From positions 134,168,001 through 134,232,000 of the forward strand of contig OX597819.1 of the NCBI GenBank assembly GCA_951406725.2: DNA of 64,000 bases, read 5' to 3'. The translations under genes were made by a program, and so were the position numbers. Source of the stretch: Octopus vulgaris. Taxonomy: Eukaryota. Positions 12,592 to 25,520 of the stretch are shown one piece after another (the first letter of the stretch is position 1; every line of letters begins with the position of its first letter). The notes below the pieces were generated by a model. That model was not told where the DNA came from, ran no database searches, and worked only from the letters and a program-made list of their open reading frames with translations.

Positions 12592-14045
12592 CTTAGTGAA
12601 TTTAAGTGGTAGGAACATGACTTGATCCCCGTCAGTCTTTTTTCCAGGGGCTGTAAAAACATTCACCAACGATACAATGATGTTTGTCCAGAACAGAGGT
12701 AGATTGATGAAAATATTCTTTATAGGTGAATGAACGAACGAAGTGAAGTTTAACAGAACAGGTGAACTGCTGGATCAGAAATATTTGATGTGAGACACGT
12801 TCAAAATGCATGTTTGATTCAGTGCAAAACTTACTCAGATGCCAATCTATTCTGTTCAGCGTGTGTGCATAGGTTTTATAACCGTGGGCTGTGTTCCTTC
12901 AGGGTTAACTTGAGCGTCATACGGTACAATCCGATCATTAGTGACAAGAAACATTTAACAAAGTATGAAATGTGGGTCTCCAAAACCAGTCTATGAGTAA
13001 TTGACTCGTGCAACAAAATTGCTGTGAGTACAGTCATCCCATCCATTTTAGAAATGCGAGGTCTTGAATTTCGTCGACGGATCTCATGTTCTTGAAATTT
13101 TCGGCAAAGAAACCGAACCAAGAAAAACCAGAATGTAAAGAAATGAGGCAGAAGGCCTGGAAATGTATGAAGATCAACTGACAGAATAGAATTTGGAGAA
13201 TATTTTACAACAGATACGATGAAGAATATCGTGATTCCTCGGATGATTAGTGCGATGTTATGTGTTGGAAAACCGTATTGTTTTATATTGTTTCTACATA
13301 ACAAAAGAATGAATATCACGACTGATAAAAAGTAGAAACAAGATGTAAATAGAATTTTGTATTGAAGTTCCATTTTATTTCCAACAAAACTTTACACAAA
13401 GAATGATATTAAGATTGACAAAAAAGTGAAATCTAGTTTATAAAAAGGTGGTTTGAAATAGTTTTGCCTGCTCTTGTTATTTTCCTACGAAGTCACGTAA
13501 ACAGGCATGGAAGTTTTTCAAGCTGAAAAAGATGTTTACCTGAAGACACATTTCTTAACGTACAATTTTAAACAGCATTCGAAAAGAGACATTTTCCCAT
13601 CAACGCACTTATTTTCGGTTGAAAACACTTTTCTGGATGTGAAACGGACTGTATTTTGTTGTACTTCACTTTGAGATCAATATCATATTGGAATTCATTG
13701 TTTTTATGTTCCAATCGTGCATCCTGAAGTTTTAACCCTCAGAAGAGAACCAAAATAAAATAACAGAGATTAAGGTAGTGAGAAACGGGCCTCATTTCAT
13801 TAATGGGGAGCCTTTAAGCGGGAATATGCGGTACTTTATGAAATATCACCAAATATTCTAGCGACAAGTTTATATTCTCACCTGAAGCATCTTGATTATT
13901 TCTTCTGAGATTATGACCACCTCCACCTTTGTCCAGTTGTTGAACAATCTCATCCGTGTCGATTACTTCTCTTTCCATAATTCTCCTCCAAATTCTTCCT
14001 ACTTTTTTGCTGTTGGTTCTGCAGTGGACTTCTATTTTCATCAAA

Positions 14046-14438
14046 TCTCTCTATATATAAAGCTGAAGTTGTCTGTGTATGGCGGGTTCGGTAGCCTTCA
14101 ACTAACACTATCTCCTCCGAGACCCTGCGGCGCAAGTTGACCAAAATTGAGAGTATGATTGAAGAAGGCTTGCTCTTCATTCCGTAGAAGAAAAAATTCA
14201 AATCGGACCATGTTAAGACTAAAAATTATTTACATCAAGAAGGTGCTTTTTTTCTATGAAAATCCCTATTTTTTTACGATTTTTTTACTGCTGTGTCGCC
14301 ATTTTTCGGTGTATTTCAACCAGAAAAATGTTCACTTAAAGAGAATAACAAGCTACATAATGCGAAAGATTTACTTTTCAAAAATTCCAATTCTAAAGGG
14401 TTGAAACAAACCCGAGCAACGCCGGGCGATACTGCTAA
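14046..14438 (+). mobile_element. Non-autonomous Helitron
   Basis: 5' end A|TCtctctatatataaa. 3' subterminal hairpin cccgagcaacgccggg (14411-14426) followed by CTAA|T (a CTRR end). Inserted between A and T with no TSD. Confidence 0.75.
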
Positions 14439-14594
14439 TTCTTGATAAAAATCATTCTGGATTAAAATCAAACAGTTCCGTTCAAAGAATTCTTCCCCTC
14501 TCGTAGGGTTTTGCCAAGTGTAGCTCTCCTCTGGACTGTGAGTAACTTCGTTATCCCTCACATTGTTTCAAGTAGTAGTAGTAGTTGTAGTAGG

Positions 14595-14809
14595 ACAGTG
14601 AGCTGGAAGAATCGTTAGCACACCGGGCAAAATGCTTAGCGACATTTCTTCCGCCATTAAGTTCTGAGTTCAAATTCCACCGAGATCGACATCGCTTTCA
14701 ATCATCCTTTCGAGGTCGATAAAATAAGTAACAGTTGAGCTCTGAGGTTGATGTCATCCCTAACCCCATCCCCAGAACTTGCTGGCCATGTACCAAAATT
14801 TGAAACCAT

Positions 14810-14810
<1 letters not shown>
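14595..14810 (+). mobile_element. SINE family A (diverged) embedded in (AGT)n
   Basis: gagctggaagaatcgttagcacaccgggcaaaatgcttagc...ctgagttcaaattcc, with (AGT)n on both sides. Confidence 0.8.
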
Positions 14811-14847
<37 letters not shown>

Positions 14848-15138
14848 AACTAAATATTTTCCTCCAGTATAGTTAAATCCCAGTTTGTACTTTATCAACT
14901 AAATATTTGTGAAAAAAGTGGACGTTGTCTCACAAGCAGTTGTGCCGGCAAAAGTGTAAGTGAATGTTGTCGGATTAACCTGAAAATTTGCACACCTATG
15001 TTAAAAGTACTGGGGAGTTTGCATGGCAACTTTGAGTTTGCTCGATTGAAAGGCGTGGCCTCTAGGATAAAATTCCTCATCTTTAAAATGTGGCCCGGGT
15101 AGACCCGAATGAAAAAGTTCTCTTATAAAGAGATTGGT

Positions 15139-15265
15139 AGACACACAGAGATATCGATAGATATCTATAGACACACAGAGACATCTATAGACACACAGAG
15201 ACATCTATAGACACACAGAGATATCTATAGATATCTATAGACACACAGAGATATCTATAGATATC
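15139..15265. repeat. 20-bp minisatellite (agacacacagagatatctat)n
   Basis: About 5-6 imperfect tandem units with no unique spacers. Confidence 0.9.
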
Positions 15266-15639
15266 GGCGGATTTTGTGTTTTTCATGTTTTGTTACAATA
15301 GTTTGTAGGAGCTTTGCATTGATATCAGGCCTCGCTTTCACTCCTTCTTTACGGGATAGCTATATTCTATATATAAGTTTTAGGGTATGGCCCCGGGGTG
15401 TAGTCAACAGTTTCCTGAGTTTTTCTCTAATCTCATCGATTTATGTAAATTCCGAAAGAATTGAATTAACACTTACCGCACTTTTATTTTCACTAAAGAT
15501 GAAACATCTGGACATCTCTAATACATACAGCAGTCAAATAATGTCTTTTACATACAATATTTCACTTTTTTAAGAAACTCTATTTGATATGGAATTCTGG
15601 ATTATTCCCTGGATATATGCAGTAATGGAGTTTTTATTT

Positions 15640-16100
15640 TTGTTTTTTTTTTTCATGTAAAAGTATTGAAATATGTCAATTTAAGGATCCTTTCAACTCT
15701 TTCCTTGGAAGTGTGTTTATAAATATTTTGGATTGTATGTGAATAATGAATGCATTCAGAAGGGCGGAAGTGCGATATCTGTACAGAAGTGTTTAATAGC
15801 AGACGACACAGCAATCAGGTTGCTAATACACGGACGAAATCGCTTAAGAAACAAACAAAGCTTTCAGGACACCAAAGTTGATAAAGTTTGGGTGAAAAAG
15901 AGCCGAATAATAAGCATTGCAAAGCGGTCTGACCGGATGCTTCTGATTGGGGAAAAGGCAAAAATGAGAGACAAGAGACTTTGGTCGTTGGTTGATATTG
16001 GAGAGGAAATGTCTGATATACCTGGCTCTTCAGAAAGGACCAAAGTGATGCGAAAGGGAATTGGTAATGACTGTTTCTGTCTTCTTCTTTTGAAATGTTA
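15640..16100 (-). mobile_element. Possible highly degraded Penelope-like RT fragment
   Basis: Minus translation FCLFPNQKHPVRP resembles the PLE motif FYLLPKIHK..P.RPI. Weak. Confidence 0.3.
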
Positions 16101-16639
16101 TGGATGAATGTGGCAGTTCGGGGACAAAATTATTTACATAACTTATTAGCGTCTGTACCTTCGGGGTTCAAATCCATTTCTTTTTCTTTTTTTTTTTTTT
16201 TTAGTTGCCCTTTGCATCTTTACAGTCAATAAATTAAATAGTCTAAGCGATTCCACCAGTTGTACACAACCCCCGCAGAAGACTTATGTATAATCTCATT
16301 ATGTTTATAAGTGTATTAAATTCAAACAGCAACGAAACATTGAGCTTCATAATTCCAGCAAGTCTCTAGTAATTATCTTCGCTGTTAATTATCGTTTGCA
16401 AAATCCTCTTCTATATTTGGAAGTAATTTTCTTTGTCAACTCCTCAATGTGATTATGTTGTTAAAGATGTTTTATTACTCAATAAATCTAACGTTATCGT
16501 GACATTGCCTTCATTAATTTCGGAGACACCTTTCCCTATACCAAACAGTAAACACTTGTAATTATTGATGTTTTACTCGGATAACAAAACCGTTGTACAA
16601 GAAAAACAAGAGTAAACAGGGAAAGAGTAGTGTATTGTA

Positions 16640-16641
<2 letters not shown>

Positions 16642-16698
<57 letters not shown>

Positions 16699-16718
16699 TA
16701 TATATGAAAAATAATGTT

Positions 16719-16753
<35 letters not shown>

Positions 16754-16856
16754 GGAAAATGGCGTAGTTGGTGCGTGTGTATATATATATATATAAATAT
16801 ATTATGTATATATATATATGTGTGTGTGTATGTATGTATGTATGTATATATATATA

Positions 16857-16889
<33 letters not shown>

Positions 16890-17088
16890 ATGTATATATA
16901 TATATGTGTGTGTGTATGTATGTATGTATGTATATATATGTATGTATGTATATATATATATGTGTGTGTGTATGTATATATGTGTGTATGTATATATATA
17001 TATATATGTGTGTGTGTATGTATATATATGTGTATGTATATATATGTGTATGTATATGTATATATATGTATGTATATATATATATATG
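16642..17088. repeat. (GT)n/(AT)n/(ATGT)n compound microsatellite
   Basis: Seen directly. It generates the VCMYIY pseudo-ORFs. Confidence 0.97.
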
Positions 17089-18059
17089 TCCGCCTCTTTA
17101 ATCTTCGCCGATTTGCTGCCAATTCAAAGGTTTCCCAGTCTATTATTCGTGACCTCCTTTATGCAGATGACTGTGACTTAGTCACTCATACAGCGGATGA
17201 CATGCAAATACTCATGAATTGCATTTCTGCTTCTTGCAGGGCATTTGGACTCAGCATTAGCCTGGACAAGACTGTTGTAATGTTCCAGTCTGCACCAGGA
17301 AATCCATATATAGAACCAGCTATCATGGTTGAAGGAACAATTCTGAAGGTAGTAGACAAGTTTGTCTACCTGGGCAGCACACTCAGCCGTTCTTGCTCCC
17401 TGGATGAGGAAATATCTTTCATGTTGCAGAGAGCAACTAATTCCTTCCGGTCTCTTCAGTCTCGTGTCTGGTCCCAACATGGCATCGCAAGGAGAACAAA
17501 AGTTGCTGTGTACCGTGCTTGTGTACTGACATCGCTTCTCTACTCATGTGAGACATGGACTCTGTACAAACGTCAGGTAAGGGTCCTTGAACGTTTTCAT
17601 CAGAGATGTCTCAGACACATTCTCAATGTTGGCTGGACCTCAAAAATTCCAGACACACAGATCCTGAGGACAGCTGATATCTTGAGTATTGAGGCGATGG
17701 TACACAAGCACCGATTGCGTTGGACTGGACACCTTATTAGAATGGAGGTTAGAAGGATTCCAAAGCAGATGCTCTATGGAGAACTTGTGAATGGAAGGAG
17801 ACTCCGGCAGAAACCAAGGTTACGATTTAAGGACTGTGTCAAGTCCTCGTTAAAGGCTTTTGATATACAGGACACTGACTGGGAGAACAATGCCTGTCAT
17901 CGCCACAGATGGAAGAAGCAGATCGACACTTTTGAGAGAGCACGTATCCAACATGAAGAACTTAAACGAGCTGCGCGAAAGCGCACGGCTCGTATAGTGA
18001 ATGGGGAAAACTTGGTCTGCAATGTTTGCAGTCGTGTATGCTTGACTTCATGCAGTTAA
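17089..18059 (+). mobile_element. 5'-truncated RTE (BovB-like) LINE with open RT C-terminal half
   Basis: LFNLRR...RDLLYADDC, FGLSISLDKT, FVYLGS, TKVAVYRACVLTSLLYSCETW, RLRWTGHLIRM, PKQMLYGEL and a terminal CNVC. The N-terminus of the listed ORF 16818 is microsatellite. Confidence 0.92.
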
Positions 18060-19451
18060 TTGTTAAATGGTGACGTACTTATTTCCTTTGTGCTTCTTTC
18101 ATCTTCCTTAAGAAATACATTCCGTTCTGTTCAAATGTAAACGTGTATATATATATATATATATATATGGGGGGTAAAATATTTGTTCCAGTGAACGATT
18201 TCAAATCGAAGCTGCGTGTTTATCTGTCCACTTTAATCATAAAACGAGGTGTTATCTTGTCGTGGTTAATGAAATTTAATATTACTTACAAAAATTGGAA
18301 ACTGGTTTCGAAATTAACAAAAGTACATCGCAGAAGTACGTTTAATAAAGTTTCAAATTAATCCGACTTTTTATTTTGACCAAATTTCAATTCCAACGCG
18401 ATAACAACACACTATTCTGATCATCGAAGCTGTGAAGTGCTAAGTGCAAAGTTGTAAAAGCACAACGTCTACATTAGATTTCTTTTTAAAATAGATTCCC
18501 AAAATATAAACCTCTAAGGAATATTCAGAAAAAAACATTTTTAGAGAAACTGAAATATTCTAGACTGGTGTCACTTTGATTTTAAATTTCATTCATTCTA
18601 ACTTAGGTTGTTTAAAATTTTTTGTCAATTTGCTATCATTTTATAATAATTAAGAGAGGTGGATCTGGCAATAAGTTGCTCGTCAAGACTAAAATAGTTT
18701 CTTTAATAAATTGCTGAAATTGAGTAAAACATAAAATAAAGTTTTATTACCATTAACAATATTTGCCGCTGTAGTTTACAAAATTATCTTCAGAAGTGCA
18801 TCTTGTTCGCCTTAAAAGTGTGTAAATCATTTTATAGAAAAGTATTTCGCTTTCATTCGTTCTTTATATAAGAACCACTCTACTTCTGCAATGAAATTTC
18901 CATTTAATATTTCGTGATGCTTTTTAGTTTCATCAGCTTCCATTCCTTGATTCCATTATAAAAGATTTTGTTTTATTTATACATAATGCATATGATACCA
19001 TTAAACAACTGTAGTTTTACCAACAATTTCATTACGCCTAGGGAAATTCGGGATAATATGTGTGTGTGTGTGTTACATAAACTCTTGACACTGCAAAATG
19101 TAGAATCAGGTGGAACTAAAATCTCGACTAATTTCCATTTCTACTCGTAAATAACATAATTCTTATGCTGAAAATTAAATGTCTTTCTTAAGAATGTATT
19201 TAGCAAGTTTGTATCTTTTCGTAGCATGTGAGACTCCAGACAGTATATTTAGTTAACTCTGGAGCTTAAAAATGGTTCGATCCTTGTCTGGTTTTAACAA
19301 CTGAAGAAAGACTAAGGCCGTTTTGTTTTCACGTTAATAATGAATGCATAACGCGATTTTAAAACCTGAATTTTAATTGTGATTAACGAAGAAAAATACA
19401 AACACATCCTTTAAGTTCACAGAAGCACTGACTCTTCAGTGGCCTGGATCT

Positions 19452-19650
19452 CTTACGACGATAAGGGTTCCAGTTGAACCGACCAACGGAACAGCTTGAC
19501 CGTGAAATTAGCGTGCAAGTGGCTGAATACTCCACGGACACGCATACCCTTAGAGTAGTTCTCAAGGAGATTCAACGTGACAAGGGATGTGACAAGGCTG
19601 GCCCCTTTGAAATACATGTACAGCACCTTTTTGCCAGCTGAGTGGACTCC
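19452..19650 (-). mobile_element. SINE family C, 3' part
   Basis: Reverse complement of ccactcagctggcaaaa...gtatttcaaagg..ccagccttgtcac...aatctcc, shared with the copy at 19975. Confidence 0.75.
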
Positions 19651-19974
19651 AACCGTGCCCAACCAATAAAGCTGCTTCTCCCCTCGTCAACCATTTTGTT
19701 TTTGACCTTCCAACACTATCAGTCCTCTGGAATATTCTTCTCGTCCATGTTGACCTTGCACACCTCAAAGGTTTCTACCTCACCAGTTTGTGAGGTCTTC
19801 CTCAGGCCGAGACGTTAAAGAAATTAGATGTTACTTATCTAACGTACATTGATTTAAAAAATTCTCGTCTTTAAATGCTGAAGAAGTTACGAAATTAGCT
19901 ATTTTCGAGAAGAAAAGGTCATTTAATAACGAGTAATAGGAAAGAGTAACAGAAGATTCAGTAATAGAAGAGTC

Positions 19975-20170
19975 ATGGAAGGCGCATGGTTAGGGTATTC
20001 AGCTCACGATCGTATGGTTGTGAGTTCGATTCCCAGCGATGTGTTGTGTCCTTGAGCAAGACACTTTATTCCATATTGCTCCAGTCCACTCATCTGGCAA
20101 AAATGAGTTTTACCTGTATTTCAGAGGGTTAGTCTTTTCACATTCCGTTTCACGCCGAATCTCCCTGAGA
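19975..20170 (+). mobile_element. tRNA-derived SINE family C, 5' part
   Basis: Head with B-box gagttcgattccc, then CORE-like tgtgtccttgagcaagacactt and ccactcatctggcaaaaatgag. Confidence 0.8.
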
Positions 20171-21529
20171 CAGCTGAAGTAAAGAAACTATTTTACACCG
20201 CGATAAACAGTTTTTCTTACTTTTTTTCCAAATCTATTTCCGAATCCTAAAATAATTCTATAACGATATATTTAATTCAAAAGCTTTTACTAAGATTTGC
20301 ATCTAATCAATTTCCTTGCCTGCAAAGAAAATACATGTATTTATCTTTGAGAGAATTATTTAGATATATTAAGATGGAATGATTACGTGGTAGTCAACAA
20401 AATACCAAACTGTTCGACAAGAGTTGACGTGAGTTGCTGCGATTCCATAAAGAAAACGACTGAAACATTTATATTGAAAACCGACGGAAAAACGTTAGTT
20501 ACATAACCAGACATATTACATATCTTTTAAAGTCTCCCCAATCGCAAACCTCTTCATTTCATAACAAATCAGATAATAAGCAGACATATATCAGATAATA
20601 TGGTTGTGACGAGAAGATATTATTCTTATCACTTCCTCGGTAGAAAATTGTAAAAGATGTATGTATTCTGTATCATTATCTAGAAAATTGTCTAGATATA
20701 AAGTTTTCTCTAAGAAAATTCTATTCCATATTCAGAACTAAATTCATACACCAATCATTCTATAGACTATTCTCTAGAAAAGGGTTGGAATCTATGTAAT
20801 GCGAAATCCTGCTGTGTAGCAATTATTTTTATCGATATTTTGAAGAATACAATTTTCAAAGTCTTCTTAGTTCTTTCATGAAAATATGGCATTACCAAAG
20901 ACGGACTGCAATTATCTTACATTGTTTTTCTCTTAATGCAGGACCTGGTCCCTTAAATGAAATGATTTAGACTCTGCTAAGTAATAGACTTATTTTAATG
21001 ACCCCAAAAAGTTGGAAAAGGGATCATGGTGTGATTTGAACTTAAATACGGAGAAGACTTACATTTGCCACAGCAGCGAATCCGTCAATCTTCGAATGTC
21101 TTCTTTTCTCAGTTTCGTGTAATCATTCTTTTCCTGAATATGGTGGGAGGTAAATGTAAAATATCGAACGATAATTAATAACGAAATTAAACTTGGAGTA
21201 AATAACAACAAAGTCGTGCATTTTGCTGTTGGTTCACACCTCAAACTTCGTGAGAAGGAAAGGAATCTTGACTCTAATAAGAATTCAACATACAAGACCG
21301 AAATACGGAACTTGATAGGTTCAAAACTATTCAGCCTCTTCGGTATAGAGTTTTAACTAAATTATTCAAATTCTTTTAAAGTGAAAAGATATTAAATTCC
21401 TAAACTTCACCATTCCATTTATGACGTAAATGGGGTAAAACTAATTAAGGTGTTAAGTCGACTTGGTGAGGATATATCGCCACATTCCGAAGCATTTCAT
21501 ATTAAAGCACGAAAAGTTTCTTCGATACT

Positions 21530-21664
21530 CTCTCTCTCTCTTTCTCTCTCCATATGTGTGTGTGTCTGTACATATATATATATATATGGAGATATACATA
21601 CATGTGTGTGTGTGTGTGTGTGTACACATATATATATGGAGATATACATATGTGTGTGTGTGTG
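21530..21664. repeat. Compound microsatellite with duplicated unit (gtacatata...tggagatatacata)
   Basis: Two copies of tatatggagatatacata separated by (GT)n. Confidence 0.85.
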
Positions 21665-22399
21665 AAACAGAAGATTCACGCACTTTTGACGCGATCAAAC
21701 CTAAAAGACAAACAGAAGCTGAACGTAACCTCGGGATTCTGGAATCAACTGTTTGTATCTAGAATCTCAAGAAGAAACAGTAACTTGAGTTGACAATTTC
21801 GATGATCCGTTCAAAATCGCTCAAAAACGCATTCCAGTTGGCGGGCCTCCATACAAAGCTGAAGACGAACATTTTTTCAAGTAATACAACGGAGAAATCA
21901 CGCAGCTCAGCATAAGAGGATTGCAAAGGTTTAAACGTCGTCATAGGATTTCACAAGTGTTATTATCAAAAGATATTCGCTCACCTGACAATGTTGCCGT
22001 CGATGAATACCTTTTTGAAGTATGTAGTATTAGGAGTTCATTGCAGCAGTGAAACTGGCCTTTGCTAGTACAAGATGTTCCCACTGTATCCTGGCTACCA
22101 AAGATAATACCCACTGATGTGAGGGATGCTAGCAACAGAGATCTCATGTCGCTTTGTGTAAACAGATTTGAACACGTTAAGCCCAACTTGAACGATAAAT
22201 CTCGCTCGCGTTGGTCTATTTACCAGGTCAACATAAAGTCGTTAGCGTCCAAGTATAAACACAGCCATGATTTTTGTGACCTGAACTTGCAAAACTTTTA
22301 TTCCTACCATATGTGAATCATTTATGTAAGACAGAAGCTTTTATAATTGTTCTGCCCATCTGCCAGAAGTCAATCTAGTCAACCGTGACAGGCAGATTG

Positions 22400-24993
22400 G
22401 AATTTCTTATCTTCTCCAGAGGGCTAACTTCAGAACCACGTGATTGTCTCAAGCGAAATTCTAGACGGGAATAGATTCTCAGAATTGTAGACAACAATGC
22501 ATGAAGTTTATTTGCAAATTTGATCATAGAGGATTTTTTTCTATATTTAGGTGGAGAAGCCGAGGCAGCAGTCGTATAAATCCAGGTTGAATGGTTCGGG
22601 GCTAATCTTGTCAACGGATCGATTGAAAACAGGTGATAAACCAATTTGTACCCAGTAATAAATGTATAAGGCATACAACGGAGAAGCGTTTGGAATAGAG
22701 GAAAGAAATCTTACCCAAATAGTTTTCTACCGACATCTGATTTCTTGAGGAGATTGTCCATAATAAAGCTACAGCGACTTTAGGCTATTTTGTGCAGCTG
22801 TCCACTACGATTAAGTAATAATATCCATTTACCGGGCCAGCAAAATAGATATGCAATTGGCTCCATGATATTTTCACTCCCGGTCAAAGTTCACATTTTG
22901 TAGTCGGTACTTTCGCTGCCAGCGCACATCTTCTGCAGCCTTTTACCAGGTTTTCAACTTCCTTGTCCAGGCTTGGTCAGTATATGCAATTTCGCATCAG
23001 CGTTTTCATTCTAGAGATGCCTGGGTATCCCACATGGAACTCTTTTAACAGTCTCTTCTGTAATGTCTGTGGTATGACAATCCGCTAAGCGTACATTAGT
23101 ACACCATCACATATAGAGTATACGTTCACATCTTGGCAGTTCTTTGCATCAGACCTTTCTTTATTTCCTTTTGTCGACCACAGTTTTCTTTTTATCTCAT
23201 TAATAAATTTGTCATTTCTCACATTTCTTTATATTTCTTTCAAAGTTTCTGGTAGTTCACGCACGATGTTCCACATCACTTTCTTTTGCTTCAGTTCATC
23301 GACCTCGTTCGATCGTTTGACTGCTCCGTTTACGTATTTGCACAAACCGCTTATGGACAAATCCCATAAGATTAAATTTCTCCAAACATTCGGTGCCTAA
23401 TAAATTCATGGATTTTTCCAAGACATAAACATTCACTCTTTTGGTTCGACCTTTGAACTTTATATTACAAACGCGTTCGCCTATGAAATATAATTTTCTT
23501 CCCGTAACACCGTACGCAATTTTGTTTGAACTACATCATTTTGGTTTACCCATTTGTTCCCATGTTTTCTTATATATAATTAATATCACTTCCCGGGTCT
23601 AATAGCATTTTGATACTAGTGTCTTTAGTTCTCACATTCACGAATTTTCTGCTTGTTGTAATCACAACTTTTCCTCCCGACAAACTATATTTTCTTGTTT
23701 GTTCCATCTTCCTATCATTCTAGTTTTACTCTGCGATTTTATGTCCTGTAAACGCGCAGCGAAAACACTTGGCTTTTTTTACACAGACCTTTTTTTCTAG
23801 GAGCATCCCACCGCATGCCATACGTATATTTTGTTTTTCCTGCATCACTTTGTCTTCCGACCTTTTTGCACTGGACTTATGTGGAAACAATCTTTCCGTT
23901 GAATTTCTTCTGTGTCATATCTTAATTTTAATATCTTCCAACAGTTTCTGCAATGTCAAATCTTGGTTCATTTCCAGTTTTGCTAGAATATCCATTCGGA
24001 TTTCTGCATCCCTCTTATCTGTCAATTCTTATGCAAAAATCAAACACTTGAAAGAATCTGGAGTAAGCATTTCCAGCCTAAATCTCTCATATTCTTTGTT
24101 CACTTTGCTTGTGAAAGTAGTGAAGTCTTCATCTTCGCTCTTTTCTATCTTTAAACATTTCCATCGAGTATTAAACAATGAGCTCTTTTCACTAAACCTT
24201 TTGCACAAAATATCAACTGCGTCAGTAAAATTTATGCCGGACGCTTCTTCTAACAATATGAAGTTATTATATTTCTGAGGCTCTCTTCTCCCTAGTTTTC
24301 TTAAAACTAGACAAGTTTTCATTTCGTCCGTCCAATCCTGGCATTCTTTTTTAATAATTTGTTGAAATCTTCGAAATAAACCTCGAAAGTTACTCCTTCT
24401 TCGGAGTCAAATTTGTATTCACTTATGGAATTTTCTACATGGTCAGGTGACAACGTATTTTCCAGTTTTGTTATCAATTTCATTAAGTGTAACATTTGCT
24501 GCTGCAATCCTTGCTGTTGTTCTTGTTGTTCCTTGAGTTGTTGTTGTTGCTTTTGCAACTCAACTCTCCCAGCTAACAAGTCTTCCGTATTTTACGATTT
24601 TCGTAAGTTTATACAAGATTTTTGTTTCTTTTTTGCCAAGGTATTTCATTCACCACGTGAATTAGTTTAAAGTCTCCATGTAAATGGCTTTTTTGCACTC
24701 CCCGTAAATTTGCTTTTCCTCGTCGCCATTGATGTAACGCAGTTTATTTTTACCACTTTTGTATGTCTTTTGACAGCGGTTGTCACTCTGACAGATATTG
24801 TTATATTCCAAAGTTGTCAATAGAATGGTTCTATCTGGTACTGTACGACCCCCAGTTATATAGTGTTATTTTCCTCAAAAGGCTGGATCGTTATAACGTC
24901 CATTCTCTCGACCTTCTCTGACCTTCTTCTTGTCGACTGACTACTGGTCCATTTATAATGACCGTCTACTAGCACTTTTAACTGGGGGTGTAC
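22400..24993 (-). mobile_element. Ty3/Gypsy LTR retrotransposon relic (putative 5' LTR, PBS, gag, protease, integrase; RT/RNase H absent)
   Basis: PBS TGGCGACGAGG at 24718-24728. gag ENSISEYKFDSEEGVTFEVYF and LVLRKLG. Knuckle CFRCAFTGHKIA. Protease LLDPGSDI. Integrase IVIPQTLQKRLLKEFHVGYPGISRMK...C..C and LHIYFAGP..YLIVVDS. The LTR extent (~24733-24993) is uncertain. Confidence 0.85.
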
Positions 24994-25042
24994 AATTTCA
25001 CTATACAAGAATATGATCGACGGAAACTGATAGAAGTTCGTC

Positions 25043-25079
<37 letters not shown>

Positions 25080-25329
25080 AAATTTAATTTAATTTATTTG
25101 AGAACATGCTCTTTGTGGAAAATAGCGATTTGACGTCTATATCTAGCATGTTGACTGTCCACTTTTCGTGTTCAGTCCTTTAAATTTTGTATGTAAAAAT
25201 ATTTTAATCTTCGGATTCTTTCTAATATGCTGGACCACAGGTTTTAATTGACTAATATCAATTTCTACCCTTATTAAATTTTATATTATATATACATATA
25301 TATACATATATACATATATATACATACAC

Positions 25330-25518
25330 ACGTGTGTACGTGCGTGTATGTGTGTGTATTTGTGCTTGTCCTGCACTATCTCTTCACAGCAGATGTTGAT
25401 TTGTTTACCTCCCGTAATTTTGTAGTTTGTTAAAAAGTGATCGAAAGAATAAGTACCAGGCTTCAAGAGGTGGTGCCCCATCACGGCCGCAGTCGATTCA
25501 CTGAAACAAGATAAAAGA
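25330..25518 (+). mobile_element. SINE family B, 3' fragment
   Basis: aagaataagtaccaggctt...ggtgcccca..ggccgcagtc...ctgaaacaagataaaaga matches the family B tail. Confidence 0.7.
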
Positions 25519-25520
25519 TA

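Noticed and set aside
12876-13373. 165-aa hydrophobic ORF
   Set aside because: Composition is explained by a T-rich strand. No conserved motif recognised.
15139-15265. Regularly spaced repeats resembling a CRISPR array
   Set aside because: Contiguous tandem units without unique spacers, no cas genes, and a eukaryotic context.
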